Source: an uncultured archaeon | Lineage (GTDB): Archaea > Asgardarchaeota > Lokiarchaeia > Sigyniarchaeales > SOKP01 | Reading direction: 5' to 3' | NCBI GenBank assembly: GCA_964486045.1 | Contig: CAZALK010000001.1 | Location: forward strand, 808,242-872,241 | Length of the DNA stretch: 64,000 nucleotides | Shown here: one piece after another, positions 41,440 to 50,887 of the stretch | Numbering within the stretch: position 1 is the stretch's first letter | Layout of the letters: every line of letters starts with the position of its first letter | Notes under the pieces: generated by a model | Told to the model about the DNA's origin: nothing | What the model saw: the letters and a program-made list of their open reading frames with translations, nothing else | The model's database searches: none | Made by a program: the position numbers and the translations under genes

Positions 41440-42284
41440 ACAAAAAAAATTTAATTTTGAACATTATTTCGATCTTGAGATAGATAATCTTTCTAAAAAT
41501 ACTCAGAAGTCAAAATTCGTTGCGTTTAAAAGATTTTATACAGTTATCGGGAATGAAGATTTTTACAGCATGTATTACCTATTAAAAGAGTTAAAAAAAT
41601 ACCTCTCTTTTGCAAAAAAAAAATTCTAGATATTGGATGTGGATCTGGTAGATTTTTAATACTCTGTACTTTAATTGAGAATCCCCTTTATTGTGTTGGT
41701 TTAGATCCTGCAGAAGGCCTTGGAAGTGATAAGAATACCATTCAAAATTTTAGGGAAAATATTGAAACATTAAATATTAAAAATATTGAAACATTAAATA
41801 TTAAAAATATTGAAACATTAAATATTAAAAATATTGAAGTAATGAGAAAAGATATTTGGGATTTTGAGCCGAAAGATTTAAAATTTAATATAATTGTCGC
41901 ACAAAATTCTTTACACCATATCATTGAAACTTCAAAAAATCTTTTAAATAGTGATTCTAAAAAAAAAAACATCGTGAGTTGTTTTTAAATTTTTTTAACT
42001 CTTTAGAAGATAATGGTGTTTTCATAATCAAGGAGGCTTCCAAATATAATTTGGCCAGATATTGGCCATTTTATGGAAGATTATTAAAAACTATAAATAT
42101 AAATTAGGAAACAAAACATAGCCCGAAGGAATATATAAGAATTCTAAGAGAATGTGAATTTCAGATTAGTGTAAAACTGTTTAAAGTACCGTATAGTCTT
42201 GATAAAATCAGAAGATTTCTCTCTAATCCATTTGCAAGCTTCTTTATTAACTCAACATATTTCATCATAGCATCGAAATCTTAA
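41432..42284 (+). pseudogene. Class I SAM methyltransferase disrupted by two poly-A frameshifts and a TAG
   Basis: A10 (41614..41623) separates the N-terminus from ILDIGCGSG; A11 (41959..41969) shifts the frame again; in-frame TAG at 42105 (likely from TGG); SLHH and NGVFIIKE motifs are retained. Confidence 0.85.
41756..41838 (+). repeat. Perfect 24-nt tandem repeat x3.5 (NIETLNIK)
   Basis: aaaatattgaaacattaaatatta repeated directly. Confidence 0.95.
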
Positions 42285-42357
42285 TTTCTTAACTTTAATC
42301 TTGGAATTATCTTTTTGATAAATTCCCTTTTGGATAATAAAACTTGTCTACTAACAA

Positions 42358-43278
42358 TTAAAACGTTTTTATAAATAAATCTTCAAGAGACATTTCGATT
42401 TCTTTTATTTTCATAATCTCATAATTACTTAATATGCTGAGAAGATCCTTGTAATAGGTTCTTTCTTTTAGACAGACGAGAATACCATTTTTTTGCTGTT
42501 CGGTGATATCTGTTATAAAATCATGACTATGTAATTCAGAAAGTAGCTCTTGTTTTTTGCGAGCTAGGGAGATCTCAACTTTTATCTCGGAACCCGATAA
42601 CCTTTTAATCTCTTCTTGAGTCCCTATTTTAAGAATTTTTCCTTCATTGATGAATGCAATTCTGTTGCACAATTTCTCAACCACAGATAAATTATGGCTC
42701 GTGAAGATGATGGTGCTCTCGACGTGTTTGATGATGTCAATAAACAGATTAACTGTTTTTACATCCAGTCCCAGCGTAGGTTCATCAAGAAATAAGATAT
42801 CGCGTTCTAATAATAACGTTCGAGCTAAGGCGAGTTTCATTTTCATTCCGCTAGAGAGAGTTTCCGCATATTGGCCAAGCCAATCTTCGATTCCGAATAT
42901 TTTTGCCATATTAATGATTTTTTCTTGATAATTAGGTACTTTATATAATTTACAAAAGAATTTTAAATTATCATAAGCTGTTATCCTGTAATAGAGCATT
43001 TCGCTTTCTAACATTAAAGCAACCTTTGACTTGACTTTTTTAGCATTTTTCAAGAGATGATAACCGTCTACAAGTGCGTAGCCGCTGGTTGGATGGAGTA
43101 ATGTGGTTAATATTTGGATTAGTGTTGTCTTTCCTGCGCCATTCGGTCCTAAAAGACCAAAAATCTCACCTTTTTTAATGGAAATATTAACATTATCTAA
43201 TGCATTTACATGAATGTCTTTTCCTTTTAGATGGTAGATTTTTGATAAACCAAATGTTTCAATTATATTATCTGTCAA
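42358..43278 (-). CDS. ABC transporter ATP-binding protein (ABC-2 exporter, DrrA/NodI type)
   Basis: GPNGAGKTT, LSSGM, FLDEPT, SH loop, C-terminal SLEDLF. Confidence 0.95.
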   Translation of the reverse strand: MTDNIIETFGLSKIYHLKGKDIHVNALDNVNISIKKGEIFGLLGPNGAGKTTLIQILTTLLHPTSGYALVDGYHLLKNAKKVKSKVALMLESEMLYYRITAYDNLKFFCKLYKVPNYQEKIINMAKIFGIEDWLGQYAETLSSGMKMKLALARTLLLERDILFLDEPTLGLDVKTVNLFIDIIKHVESTIIFTSHNLSVVEKLCNRIAFINEGKILKIGTQEEIKRLSGSEIKVEISLARKKQELLSELHSHDFITDITEQQKNGILVCLKERTYYKDLLSILSNYEIMKIKEIEMSLEDLFIKTF

Positions 43279-43296
43279 TTATTAATTACACCTGTT

Positions 43297-44154
43297 TTAA
43301 TATCCTACAATTCCAAACTTATCATAAACTTTATTAAAAACATATATGCTGATTATTGGGACAAATATCGCCATTCCTATTAAAATAGTAAACTGAAAAG
43401 GATGAGTTGTTATCGTTAGTAATATATTATTTTCGAGCCACGTAATTCTAAGAATATCGAAGATATAGTAAAAAGGATTTAATAGTATTATTGGTTGTAA
43501 AACCTCTGGGAATACTTCGAATGGATACGTTATACAACTAATATAAAAAACAAGTTGAAGACCGATAGAAAAGATACGCCAATAATTTTCTTCAGAAATA
43601 GCAAATACAGATAAAAAGAGTCCAATTCCGCTAAAAATTAAGTCTATTAGGAGATAAATAAAAATAATAAAAATGATGGTAATTGGGGCAATTGGTGATA
43701 TTAAATAGGTTAGCAGAAGGAATACCACAAATGGTATAGCTATAATAATTAGATGAGATAAAAAAATGCCAAGAAGAAGATGGATTTTGTTAAATGGGGC
43801 AATCATCAGTGCGGGTAATGTTTTCCAAAATTTTTCTTGACGAAATTCAATGGGGAAATTCGAAACTATTCTTCGAAGTAATTCAATATTAAATGCTGTA
43901 AAAAGGAAGATGAGATAGTTCGTATCATCCCACAGCCCGAGTGTAATACCCGAAGTAAAAAACCTCATTAAAACAATGATGGACATAATAATCGGCAAAA
44001 AAGGGAAAATAATGGAGTATATAAGGTTAAATTTAAATCTAAGCTGAACTTTAACATTTTTTTCCGCGATTGTGAAAATACGTGAAAAATTATATCTTAT
44101 GAAATCAAAACTGAGGATCTTTTTTATCTTAATTATTCTTTTACCCATCAACAA
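43297..44154 (-). CDS. ABC-2 type transporter permease
   Basis: Six TM segments, EKFWKTL..L.IAP, YP..V.P..LQ....LNP; adjacent to the ATPase. Confidence 0.9.
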   Translation of the reverse strand: MLMGKRIIKIKKILSFDFIRYNFSRIFTIAEKNVKVQLRFKFNLIYSIIFPFLPIIMSIIVLMRFFTSGITLGLWDDTNYLIFLFTAFNIELLRRIVSNFPIEFRQEKFWKTLPALMIAPFNKIHLLLGIFLSHLIIIAIPFVVFLLLTYLISPIAPITIIFIIFIYLLIDLIFSGIGLFLSVFAISEENYWRIFSIGLQLVFYISCITYPFEVFPEVLQPIILLNPFYYIFDILRITWLENNILLTITTHPFQFTILIGMAIFVPIISIYVFNKVYDKFGIVGY

Positions 44155-44645
44155 ATCATAGTTAATAATATAAAATGAAATTAAAGATTTCTTATCCCTA
44201 TATCGATACTGAAAAATACAATATTAAAAGGTATAATCCAGAAAATTTCATTATCATTTATGACTTCAATGGATATATTATGCAAGAAAAAAACTAAAAT
44301 GAAGAAGGACATATTAAATTATAAGGATTAAGCAAAAAATACTAAAGATTAATAAATATAAGCTTAATATATTTAAAATAGAAACAAGTATTATTTTGGA
44401 CGAATAAGGGGTATTTAACAAATAGTTTCTTCCCGAAAATATGTTATTTTCAGTACTGCGGTTTTATAAGGGAGGAATCATGAAAATTATATTACAATCC
44501 TATTAGAAATAAATTAATGAATTTCATAATCGATTCTAATGCCAAATGAGAGAATATATTTTTTAAAGAAACTTTTTTAGTCAAAATATCTATTGATTAA
44601 TTAAAAAAACTTATATAAAGAATCATAAATGGGATTATTGTAGTT

Positions 44646-45416
44646 ATGAAAGTTGTTATTTTGGCGGGTGGATGGGGTACAAGATTAGGGCAATTAAGTG
44701 AAATTATACCGAAGCCTATGGTGAATATCGGGAACAAGCCAATACTATGGCATATAATGAAGATTTACTCTACATATGGATATAATAAATTCGTTATTTG
44801 TTTGGGTGTGAAAGGTGACATCATTAAAGATTATTTTTTTCACTATGAAAAGAACAATGATTTTACCATAAACCTTTCTAATGGGAGTATTGAATATCAC
44901 AAAAATCACGAGGAAATTAATTGGGAAGTAACTTTAATTGATACAGGTATAAATACCTTAAAGGGAGGAAGAATTAAGAGAGTTGAAAAATATTTAGATC
45001 CAGATACTAATATGTTAACATACGGGGATGGTGTTGCTGAAATTAATATCCCTGAGCTAATTAAATTTCATAAGAGCCATGGGAAAATTATAACTGTAAC
45101 TGGTGTTCACACACCCTCTCGATTTGGAGAGATAATTGAAGAATCAGGAAAAGTCTTGTCTTTTCAGGAAAAACCTCAAACATCAGTCGGTTTAATTAAC
45201 GGAGGTTTCATGGTTTTTAATAATGAATTATTAGATTATTTAACTCCAGAGGAAAGTTGTGATTTTGAAAGAGGTGCTCTTGAACAATTAGCAAAGGAGG
45301 GAGAAGTCGTGGTATATAAACATAAAGGAGAATGGGAATGTATGGATCATCAAAGAGATGCAATATATCTGAATAAATTATGGAATAATAATCAAGCATT
45401 TTGGAAGATATGGTAA
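44646..45416 (+). CDS. rfbF: Glucose-1-phosphate cytidylyltransferase
   Basis: LAGGWGTRL, PKPMV.IG.KPILWHIMK, LIDTG..T.KGGRIK, LTYGDG, INGGF, WECMD, WKIW. Confidence 0.95.
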   Translation: MKVVILAGGWGTRLGQLSEIIPKPMVNIGNKPILWHIMKIYSTYGYNKFVICLGVKGDIIKDYFFHYEKNNDFTINLSNGSIEYHKNHEEINWEVTLIDTGINTLKGGRIKRVEKYLDPDTNMLTYGDGVAEINIPELIKFHKSHGKIITVTGVHTPSRFGEIIEESGKVLSFQEKPQTSVGLINGGFMVFNNELLDYLTPEESCDFERGALEQLAKEGEVVVYKHKGEWECMDHQRDAIYLNKLWNNNQAFWKIW

Positions 45417-46495
45417 TAGAAAAATTATTTGAAGATTTTTTCAAAGGAAAAACAATACTCATTACTGGACATACTGGATTCATGGGTTCATGGTTATCGA
45501 TCTGGTTAAAGGAGCTTGGAGCTGAAATAATTGGGTATGCCCTACCTCCTTATACAAAAGAAGATAATTATGTAGTTACAAAATTAGATGAAAAAATAAC
45601 AAGTATTATCGGGGATGTTCGTGATTTTGAAAATTTAAAATCGGTCTTTAATAAATATAAACCAGAGATTATATTTCATCTTGCAGCACAATCTCTTGTG
45701 AGGAAATCCTATGGAGTTCCGAAAGAAACTTTTGATATCAATGTGGGAGGGACTGTAAACATTTTTGAATCTTTTAGATTGGAAGAGAAATGCAAGATTT
45801 TAATAAACATAACGACAGATAAGTGCTATGAAAATAAAGAATCAATTGAGGGATATTCTGAAGAAGATAGATTGGGAGGTTATGATCCTTATAGTTCGAG
45901 TAAAGCATCGTCAGAATTGGTGACGAGTGCTTACAAGAATTCTTATTTTAATGATTTTTCATCAAAAAATTTAAAAATTGTTTCTTCTCTTAGGAGTGGG
46001 AATATTATAGGGGGTGGAGATTGGCGGGAAGATCGTCTAATACCAGATTGTATAAGAGCGATAAAAAACAATGTACCAATAATAATAAGAAATCCAAATG
46101 CTATTAGACCATGGCAATTAGTTCTAGAACCTCTTCGAGGATATTTAATGCTCGCTAAAAAGATGTGGGAAGGTGATGGAAAATTTTCTGGGGCTTGGAA
46201 TTTTGGGTCAGATCCAGACTACTTATTTTCTGTTGAAGATATTGTTAAAAAAGTCATTAAATTTACTGGAAAAGGTAGTTATAGCATTCAATCTAAAGAA
46301 AATTCTGATACCTTACATGAGACTGAATTTTTAGTACTAAACTGTAAAAAATCAAATGACATTTTGGGATGGAATTCTGTGTTAAATATTGATGAAACCA
46401 TAGATTTTATATGCGAATGGTATTTTGGAAAGAAAGTTGATTATGATTTTGACGTAAATCAAATAAAAAAATATATCTCAAAGGTTAATAATTAA
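45401..46495 (+). CDS. rfbG: CDP-glucose 4,6-dehydratase
   Basis: TGHTGFMGSWL, HLAAQSLVRKSY, TTDKCYEN, DPYSSSK, GNIIGGGDW..DRLIPD, RPWQ.VLEPL.GY. Confidence 0.95.
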   Translation: MEDMVIEKLFEDFFKGKTILITGHTGFMGSWLSIWLKELGAEIIGYALPPYTKEDNYVVTKLDEKITSIIGDVRDFENLKSVFNKYKPEIIFHLAAQSLVRKSYGVPKETFDINVGGTVNIFESFRLEEKCKILINITTDKCYENKESIEGYSEEDRLGGYDPYSSSKASSELVTSAYKNSYFNDFSSKNLKIVSSLRSGNIIGGGDWREDRLIPDCIRAIKNNVPIIIRNPNAIRPWQLVLEPLRGYLMLAKKMWEGDGKFSGAWNFGSDPDYLFSVEDIVKKVIKFTGKGSYSIQSKENSDTLHETEFLVLNCKKSNDILGWNSVLNIDETIDFICEWYFGKKVDYDFDVNQIKKYISKVNN

Positions 46496-46511
46496 TCCTA
46501 ACTAAAGCATT

Positions 46512-47063
46512 ATGAAATTTAACCCTACAGACCTAGAAGGATTGTACATCATCCAGTCCGAACCATTTGAAGATAATCGTGGAAATTTTTATAGATTTTA
46601 TTGCCAAAATGAGTTTAAAGAAATAAGTCATCATAAAAACATAGTACAAATAAATTTTTCATTGACAAAAAAAAAAGGATCAATTAGGGGAATGCATTTT
46701 CAATATCCTCCTAAAGCTGAGATTAAGCTAGTAAAGTGCGTTGTTGGAAAAATTTTCGACGTAGTTGTAGATCTTAGAAGAAATTCACCAACATTTCTAA
46801 AGTGGTATAGTGAAATTTTAAGTTCTGATAATATGAAAACCATTTATATCCCAGAAGGTTTTGCTCATGGATTTCAAACCTTAATAGATAATTGTGAAGT
46901 CTTATACTTACATTCTGAATTTTACAGCTCTAAACATGAAAGTGGAGTAAGATATAATGATCCTAAAATAAAAATAAAGTGGCCACTTCCACTTACAGAA
47001 ATTTCGCAAAGAGACGAAGCACATAAATTAATAGATGAAAATTTCACTGGTATAGCTTTATAG
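46512..47063 (+). CDS. rfbC: RmlC-family NDP-4-keto-6-deoxyhexose 3,5-/5-epimerase
   Basis: DNRG.F, RGMHFQ, E.KLV.C, DVVVDLR, IPEGFAHGFQTL. Confidence 0.92.
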   Translation: MKFNPTDLEGLYIIQSEPFEDNRGNFYRFYCQNEFKEISHHKNIVQINFSLTKKKGSIRGMHFQYPPKAEIKLVKCVVGKIFDVVVDLRRNSPTFLKWYSEILSSDNMKTIYIPEGFAHGFQTLIDNCEVLYLHSEFYSSKHESGVRYNDPKIKIKWPLPLTEISQRDEAHKLIDENFTGIAL

Positions 47064-47116
47064 ATTTTTAAAAATTATATTGTAACGATAAACATAATGG
47101 AAAAATAATAAAAATA

Positions 47117-47977
47117 ATGAGTATTATAGTAATAGGCGCTTCCGGTTTAATTGGAAACACTTTATGTCAATTACTTAAGAATCAAGATGTAATCGCAGTG
47201 GACATTAATCCTCGTAATGATAACATTATAAAACTCGATATGACTTCTATTAGTGATTTAAACTCACATTTTAAAGAATTTAATCCCAAAATTGTTTATT
47301 TACCAGCATTTATTACTGGTGTAGATCAATGTGAACTCGATGAGGAACTCAATAAGATTAATTATTCAGGAATAAGTAATGTTGTTGAAATATGTAAAAA
47401 ACACAATTGTAAACTGCTTTTTTATTCGTCAGACTACGTATTTGATGGAAAAAATGGACCCTATTTAGAGACAGATAAACCAAATCCTATTAATAAGTAC
47501 GGTAAAACTAAATTATTATGTGAGAAGAAGATCCAAGATTTGGACGATTACTTAATAATACGGACCACAGTAGTTTATGGTTACGATGAAAATTCCCTTA
47601 ATTTTTTGATGACCTTTACGAGAGATTTAATGAACGGTAAAGTAAGAAGAGTTCCTCAAGACCAGATCGGTTCCCCAACACTTGTCGAAGATTTGGCAAA
47701 AATATCAATTAAATTGGTGGATAACAATAAAAAAGGTATATATAATATTGTGGGTCCAGACCTATGTTCAAGATACATCTTTGCTTTAAAAATAGCTCGA
47801 ATTTTTGGACTAGATGAAAAATTAGCTATTCCAGTTAATACATCAGAATTTAAACAGCCAGCTAAAAGACCGTTGAGAGCAGGATTAATTATTGATAAAA
47901 TTAGGAAAGATATTGATGCTAATCCTTCAGGAATTGATAAATCACTAAAAAAGTTGAAAAATTATTTTATTAAATAA
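47117..47977 (+). CDS. RmlD-like NDP-4-keto-deoxyhexose reductase
   Basis: GASGLIG, VDQCE, SSDYVFDG, YGKTK, DQIGSPT, AKRP. Confidence 0.9.
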   Translation: MSIIVIGASGLIGNTLCQLLKNQDVIAVDINPRNDNIIKLDMTSISDLNSHFKEFNPKIVYLPAFITGVDQCELDEELNKINYSGISNVVEICKKHNCKLLFYSSDYVFDGKNGPYLETDKPNPINKYGKTKLLCEKKIQDLDDYLIIRTTVVYGYDENSLNFLMTFTRDLMNGKVRRVPQDQIGSPTLVEDLAKISIKLVDNNKKGIYNIVGPDLCSRYIFALKIARIFGLDEKLAIPVNTSEFKQPAKRPLRAGLIIDKIRKDIDANPSGIDKSLKKLKNYFIK

Positions 47978-48021
47978 TTATAGAACTTAAATTCTATATT
48001 TTAAATTTAGGTGTGAATTAG

Positions 48022-49359
48022 ATGGGCAATGAAAATGAAATTGACCAAATAAAAAATGAGATTCTTAATAATGTAAAATTGTATTATGCAAAAAAATTTC
48101 AAAAAGATGAAAAATTCATTCCAGGTGAAACTCGAATAAATTATGCTGGAAGAGTCTTTGACGAGAAAGAACTTGTAAATTTAATTGAATCTTCTTTAGA
48201 TTTTTGGCTTACAGAAGGAAGATTTACTCGTCAGTTTGAAAAAGATTTAGCAAATTTCCTTGGCATGAAATATTGTCTATTTACAACTTCAGGTTCCTCT
48301 GCTAATTTATTAGCAACTATGGCGCTCACATCTCAAAAATTAGATAATACACGAAGAGTAAAACCAGGCGATGAGATCATTACAGTTTCCGCTGGTTTTC
48401 CCACTACGATATTTCCAATTATTCAAGCAAGAGCCGTTCCAGTATTTGTTGATATTGAATTAGATACATGTAATATTGAAACGAAAGAATTAGATAATGC
48501 TCTTTCAAACAAAACTAAAGCAATTATATTAGCTCACACTCTTGGAAACCCATTTGATATTAATAAAGTAAAAAATTTTTGTGATAAAAACAAGCTCTGG
48601 TTAATTGAAGATAATTGTGATGCTTTAGGATCTAAGTATAATAATAAATATACAGGTACATTCGGTGATATTTCTACTTATTCTTTTTATCCAGCTCATC
48701 ATATTACTATGGGGGAGGGAGGTGCTTTGATTACTAATGATTCAATATTACATAAAATCATCAAATCATTAAGAGAATGGGGGAGAGATTGCTGGTGTGA
48801 TCCTGGAACAGATAATACTTGTAATAAACGATTTGATTGGCATTTAGGAACACTTCCATATGGATATGATCATAAATTTACATATTCAGAATTTGGATAT
48901 AATCTAAAAATTACCGATATGCAAGCTGCAATTGGTTTGGCACAACTTAGAAAATTACCTCAATTTATAAAGGCTCGAAAAGATAATCATAAAAGATTAT
49001 TTGAAGGATTGAACCATTTAAAAGATAAGTTATTGCTTCCAAAAAGTCAACCAAAATCAGACCCTAGCTGGTTTGGATTTTTACTGACCTTAAAAGATGG
49101 TAATCAATTATCCCGTACAGAAATTATGAAAAAGTTAGAAGATAAAAAAATCCAGTCAAGAATACTATTTGCTGGTAATATAATTCGGCAACCTGTATTT
49201 AATAATATGCGAGAATCTAAGAAAGGTTTTAAAGTAGTTGGAGATTTAATTAATACTGATAAGGTAATGAACGATTCTTTTTGGGTCGGAGTGTATCCAG
49301 GGATGACTGATGAAAAAATTGATTATATGATAATGCAAATAAATAAGCTATTTAAGTAA
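48022..49359 (+). CDS. rfbH: CDP-4-keto-6-deoxyglucose 3-dehydrase (E1, RfbH/DdhC; PMP/[2Fe-2S])
   Basis: SGSSANLLA, EDNCDALGS, SFYPAHHITMGEGG (His in place of the PLP Lys), WGRDCWC..G.DNTC, GYDHK. Confidence 0.95.
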   Translation: MGNENEIDQIKNEILNNVKLYYAKKFQKDEKFIPGETRINYAGRVFDEKELVNLIESSLDFWLTEGRFTRQFEKDLANFLGMKYCLFTTSGSSANLLATMALTSQKLDNTRRVKPGDEIITVSAGFPTTIFPIIQARAVPVFVDIELDTCNIETKELDNALSNKTKAIILAHTLGNPFDINKVKNFCDKNKLWLIEDNCDALGSKYNNKYTGTFGDISTYSFYPAHHITMGEGGALITNDSILHKIIKSLREWGRDCWCDPGTDNTCNKRFDWHLGTLPYGYDHKFTYSEFGYNLKITDMQAAIGLAQLRKLPQFIKARKDNHKRLFEGLNHLKDKLLLPKSQPKSDPSWFGFLLTLKDGNQLSRTEIMKKLEDKKIQSRILFAGNIIRQPVFNNMRESKKGFKVVGDLINTDKVMNDSFWVGVYPGMTDEKIDYMIMQINKLFK

Positions 49360-49624
49360 ATTGAGTTTTCTAACTATACAATATCGGAATTGATAAGAAC
49401 AGCTATAGTAGTATTAAAGATTATTCTTGAATATCCTTAATTATATCTTCTTATACTTTTGAGAGCTTTACCTCCCTACTTCTAAAAAATACAATTAATG
49501 GAAAAAAAAGTATATAAATAATAATTAGATACATTTAAACTACACGATAGCTATATTTGATATTACTAACTCTTAATTTAGAAAGTACCAAATTTATTTC
49601 ATACAATAAAAGCTATATATCAAA

Positions 49625-50326
49625 ATGCCTATAATTACATCTTTAACTAAAAAATTAAAAATATACGCCCCTATGATTAACCAGATCCTTAATCTTATAA
49701 AAAATCGTAGATTTTTCTCAAAATCAATAAAATCTACCTTTACAAATATATATTTAAGCAGTCATTGGGGTTCTCATGAATCTATATCTGGACCAGGTTC
49801 TACAATAAGCCAAACATATAAAATAAGAGAAATGATACCTGTGCTTCTCGAAAAGTATCGAATAAAAACATTATTAGATATACCTTGCGGAGATTTAAAT
49901 TGGTTAAGCCAAATTGATTTAAGCTCCTTTCAGTACATAGGTGGGGACATAGTTAATGGAATTATTAAAAGAAATAAACTCCATTTTTCTGGAAATAATA
50001 GAACATTTAAAATCATTGATATTACTAAAGATAGACTCCCTAAATCCGATTTACTTTTGTGCAAAGATTGTTTGGTTCATTTTTCGTACCGAAATATCTT
50101 TAAAACACTCCAAAACATAAAAAAAAGTGAAATTCAATATCTTTTAACCACTCACTTTTACGCAAGAAGTTTTAATAGAAATATCTTAACTGGTGGTTGG
50201 CGCCCAATAAATTTAACGAAACACCCGTTTAATTTTCCAAAACCCTTAGAAATGATTATTGAAAAAAATAGGGCTTATTATGACAAAACATTAGCTTTAT
50301 GGAAGATAAATGAATTGAAACTCTAG
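49625..50326 (+). CDS. Class I SAM-dependent methyltransferase
   Basis: SGPGST, LDIPCGD.NW, YIGGDIV, DCLVH, GGWRPINL. Confidence 0.85.
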   Translation: MPIITSLTKKLKIYAPMINQILNLIKNRRFFSKSIKSTFTNIYLSSHWGSHESISGPGSTISQTYKIREMIPVLLEKYRIKTLLDIPCGDLNWLSQIDLSSFQYIGGDIVNGIIKRNKLHFSGNNRTFKIIDITKDRLPKSDLLLCKDCLVHFSYRNIFKTLQNIKKSEIQYLLTTHFYARSFNRNILTGGWRPINLTKHPFNFPKPLEMIIEKNRAYYDKTLALWKINELKL

Positions 50327-50348
50327 TATTTTATTATCACGTAATTGA

Positions 50349-50608
50349 TTATTTTAATTCTGCAAAGATCCAATCATCTTCATTTCTGTATAGAATATTA
50401 AAATCAGAGTATATATTTGTTTGAAAATGTGCATCAGTAAATTTTACTTTAAATAACACATATGAAACATTCATAAATTCAATATCTCCTTTGAATTCAA
50501 TGTAATCAGTGGAATTTAAATAATGCGTAGAATTACAATCAAAAGTATAATATATTTTTTCTAAGTTTTCTACTTCTATTAAGGTATACAAGAAGTGAAT
50601 ATATTCTC
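50349..50608 (-). pseudogene. Orphan 3' fragment (1 of 3) of the family-B membrane protein
   Basis: NSTHYLNSTDYIEFKGDIEFMNVSYVLF...YSDFNILYRNEDDWIFA, nearly identical to the C-termini of 59661 and 62181. Confidence 0.9.
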
Positions 50609-50887
50609 CACCCCCCGATTGGTATGAATAATAAAATTATACTATAGGTATAAAAAATGTAGTATATCATGAGTAAAAAATAAATTAGTTTTTAAAAATG
50701 TAAAGTAATATTTTTATTAAAACGGACTAAACAATTAATTGAGAATCCTAATCTATTCAAACACTTTCTTCTCTATAAATAGATGATGAATAGAGAAATT
50801 TTCAAAACTATTTATTGAAATCTCTATATAGTTTCTATTTCTTAAATTATCTTTTAAAATTACAGGTATAGCCTGGTCATTAATAAT

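Noticed and set aside
41756-41838. 24-nt repeats as a CRISPR array
   Set aside because: No spacers, in-frame within a coding region, and no cas genes
42105-42107. In-frame TAG as pyrrolysine or recoding
   Set aside because: The gene has other lesions, TGG-to-TAG is a single transition, and TAG serves as a normal stop elsewhere (e.g. 35874, 47063)
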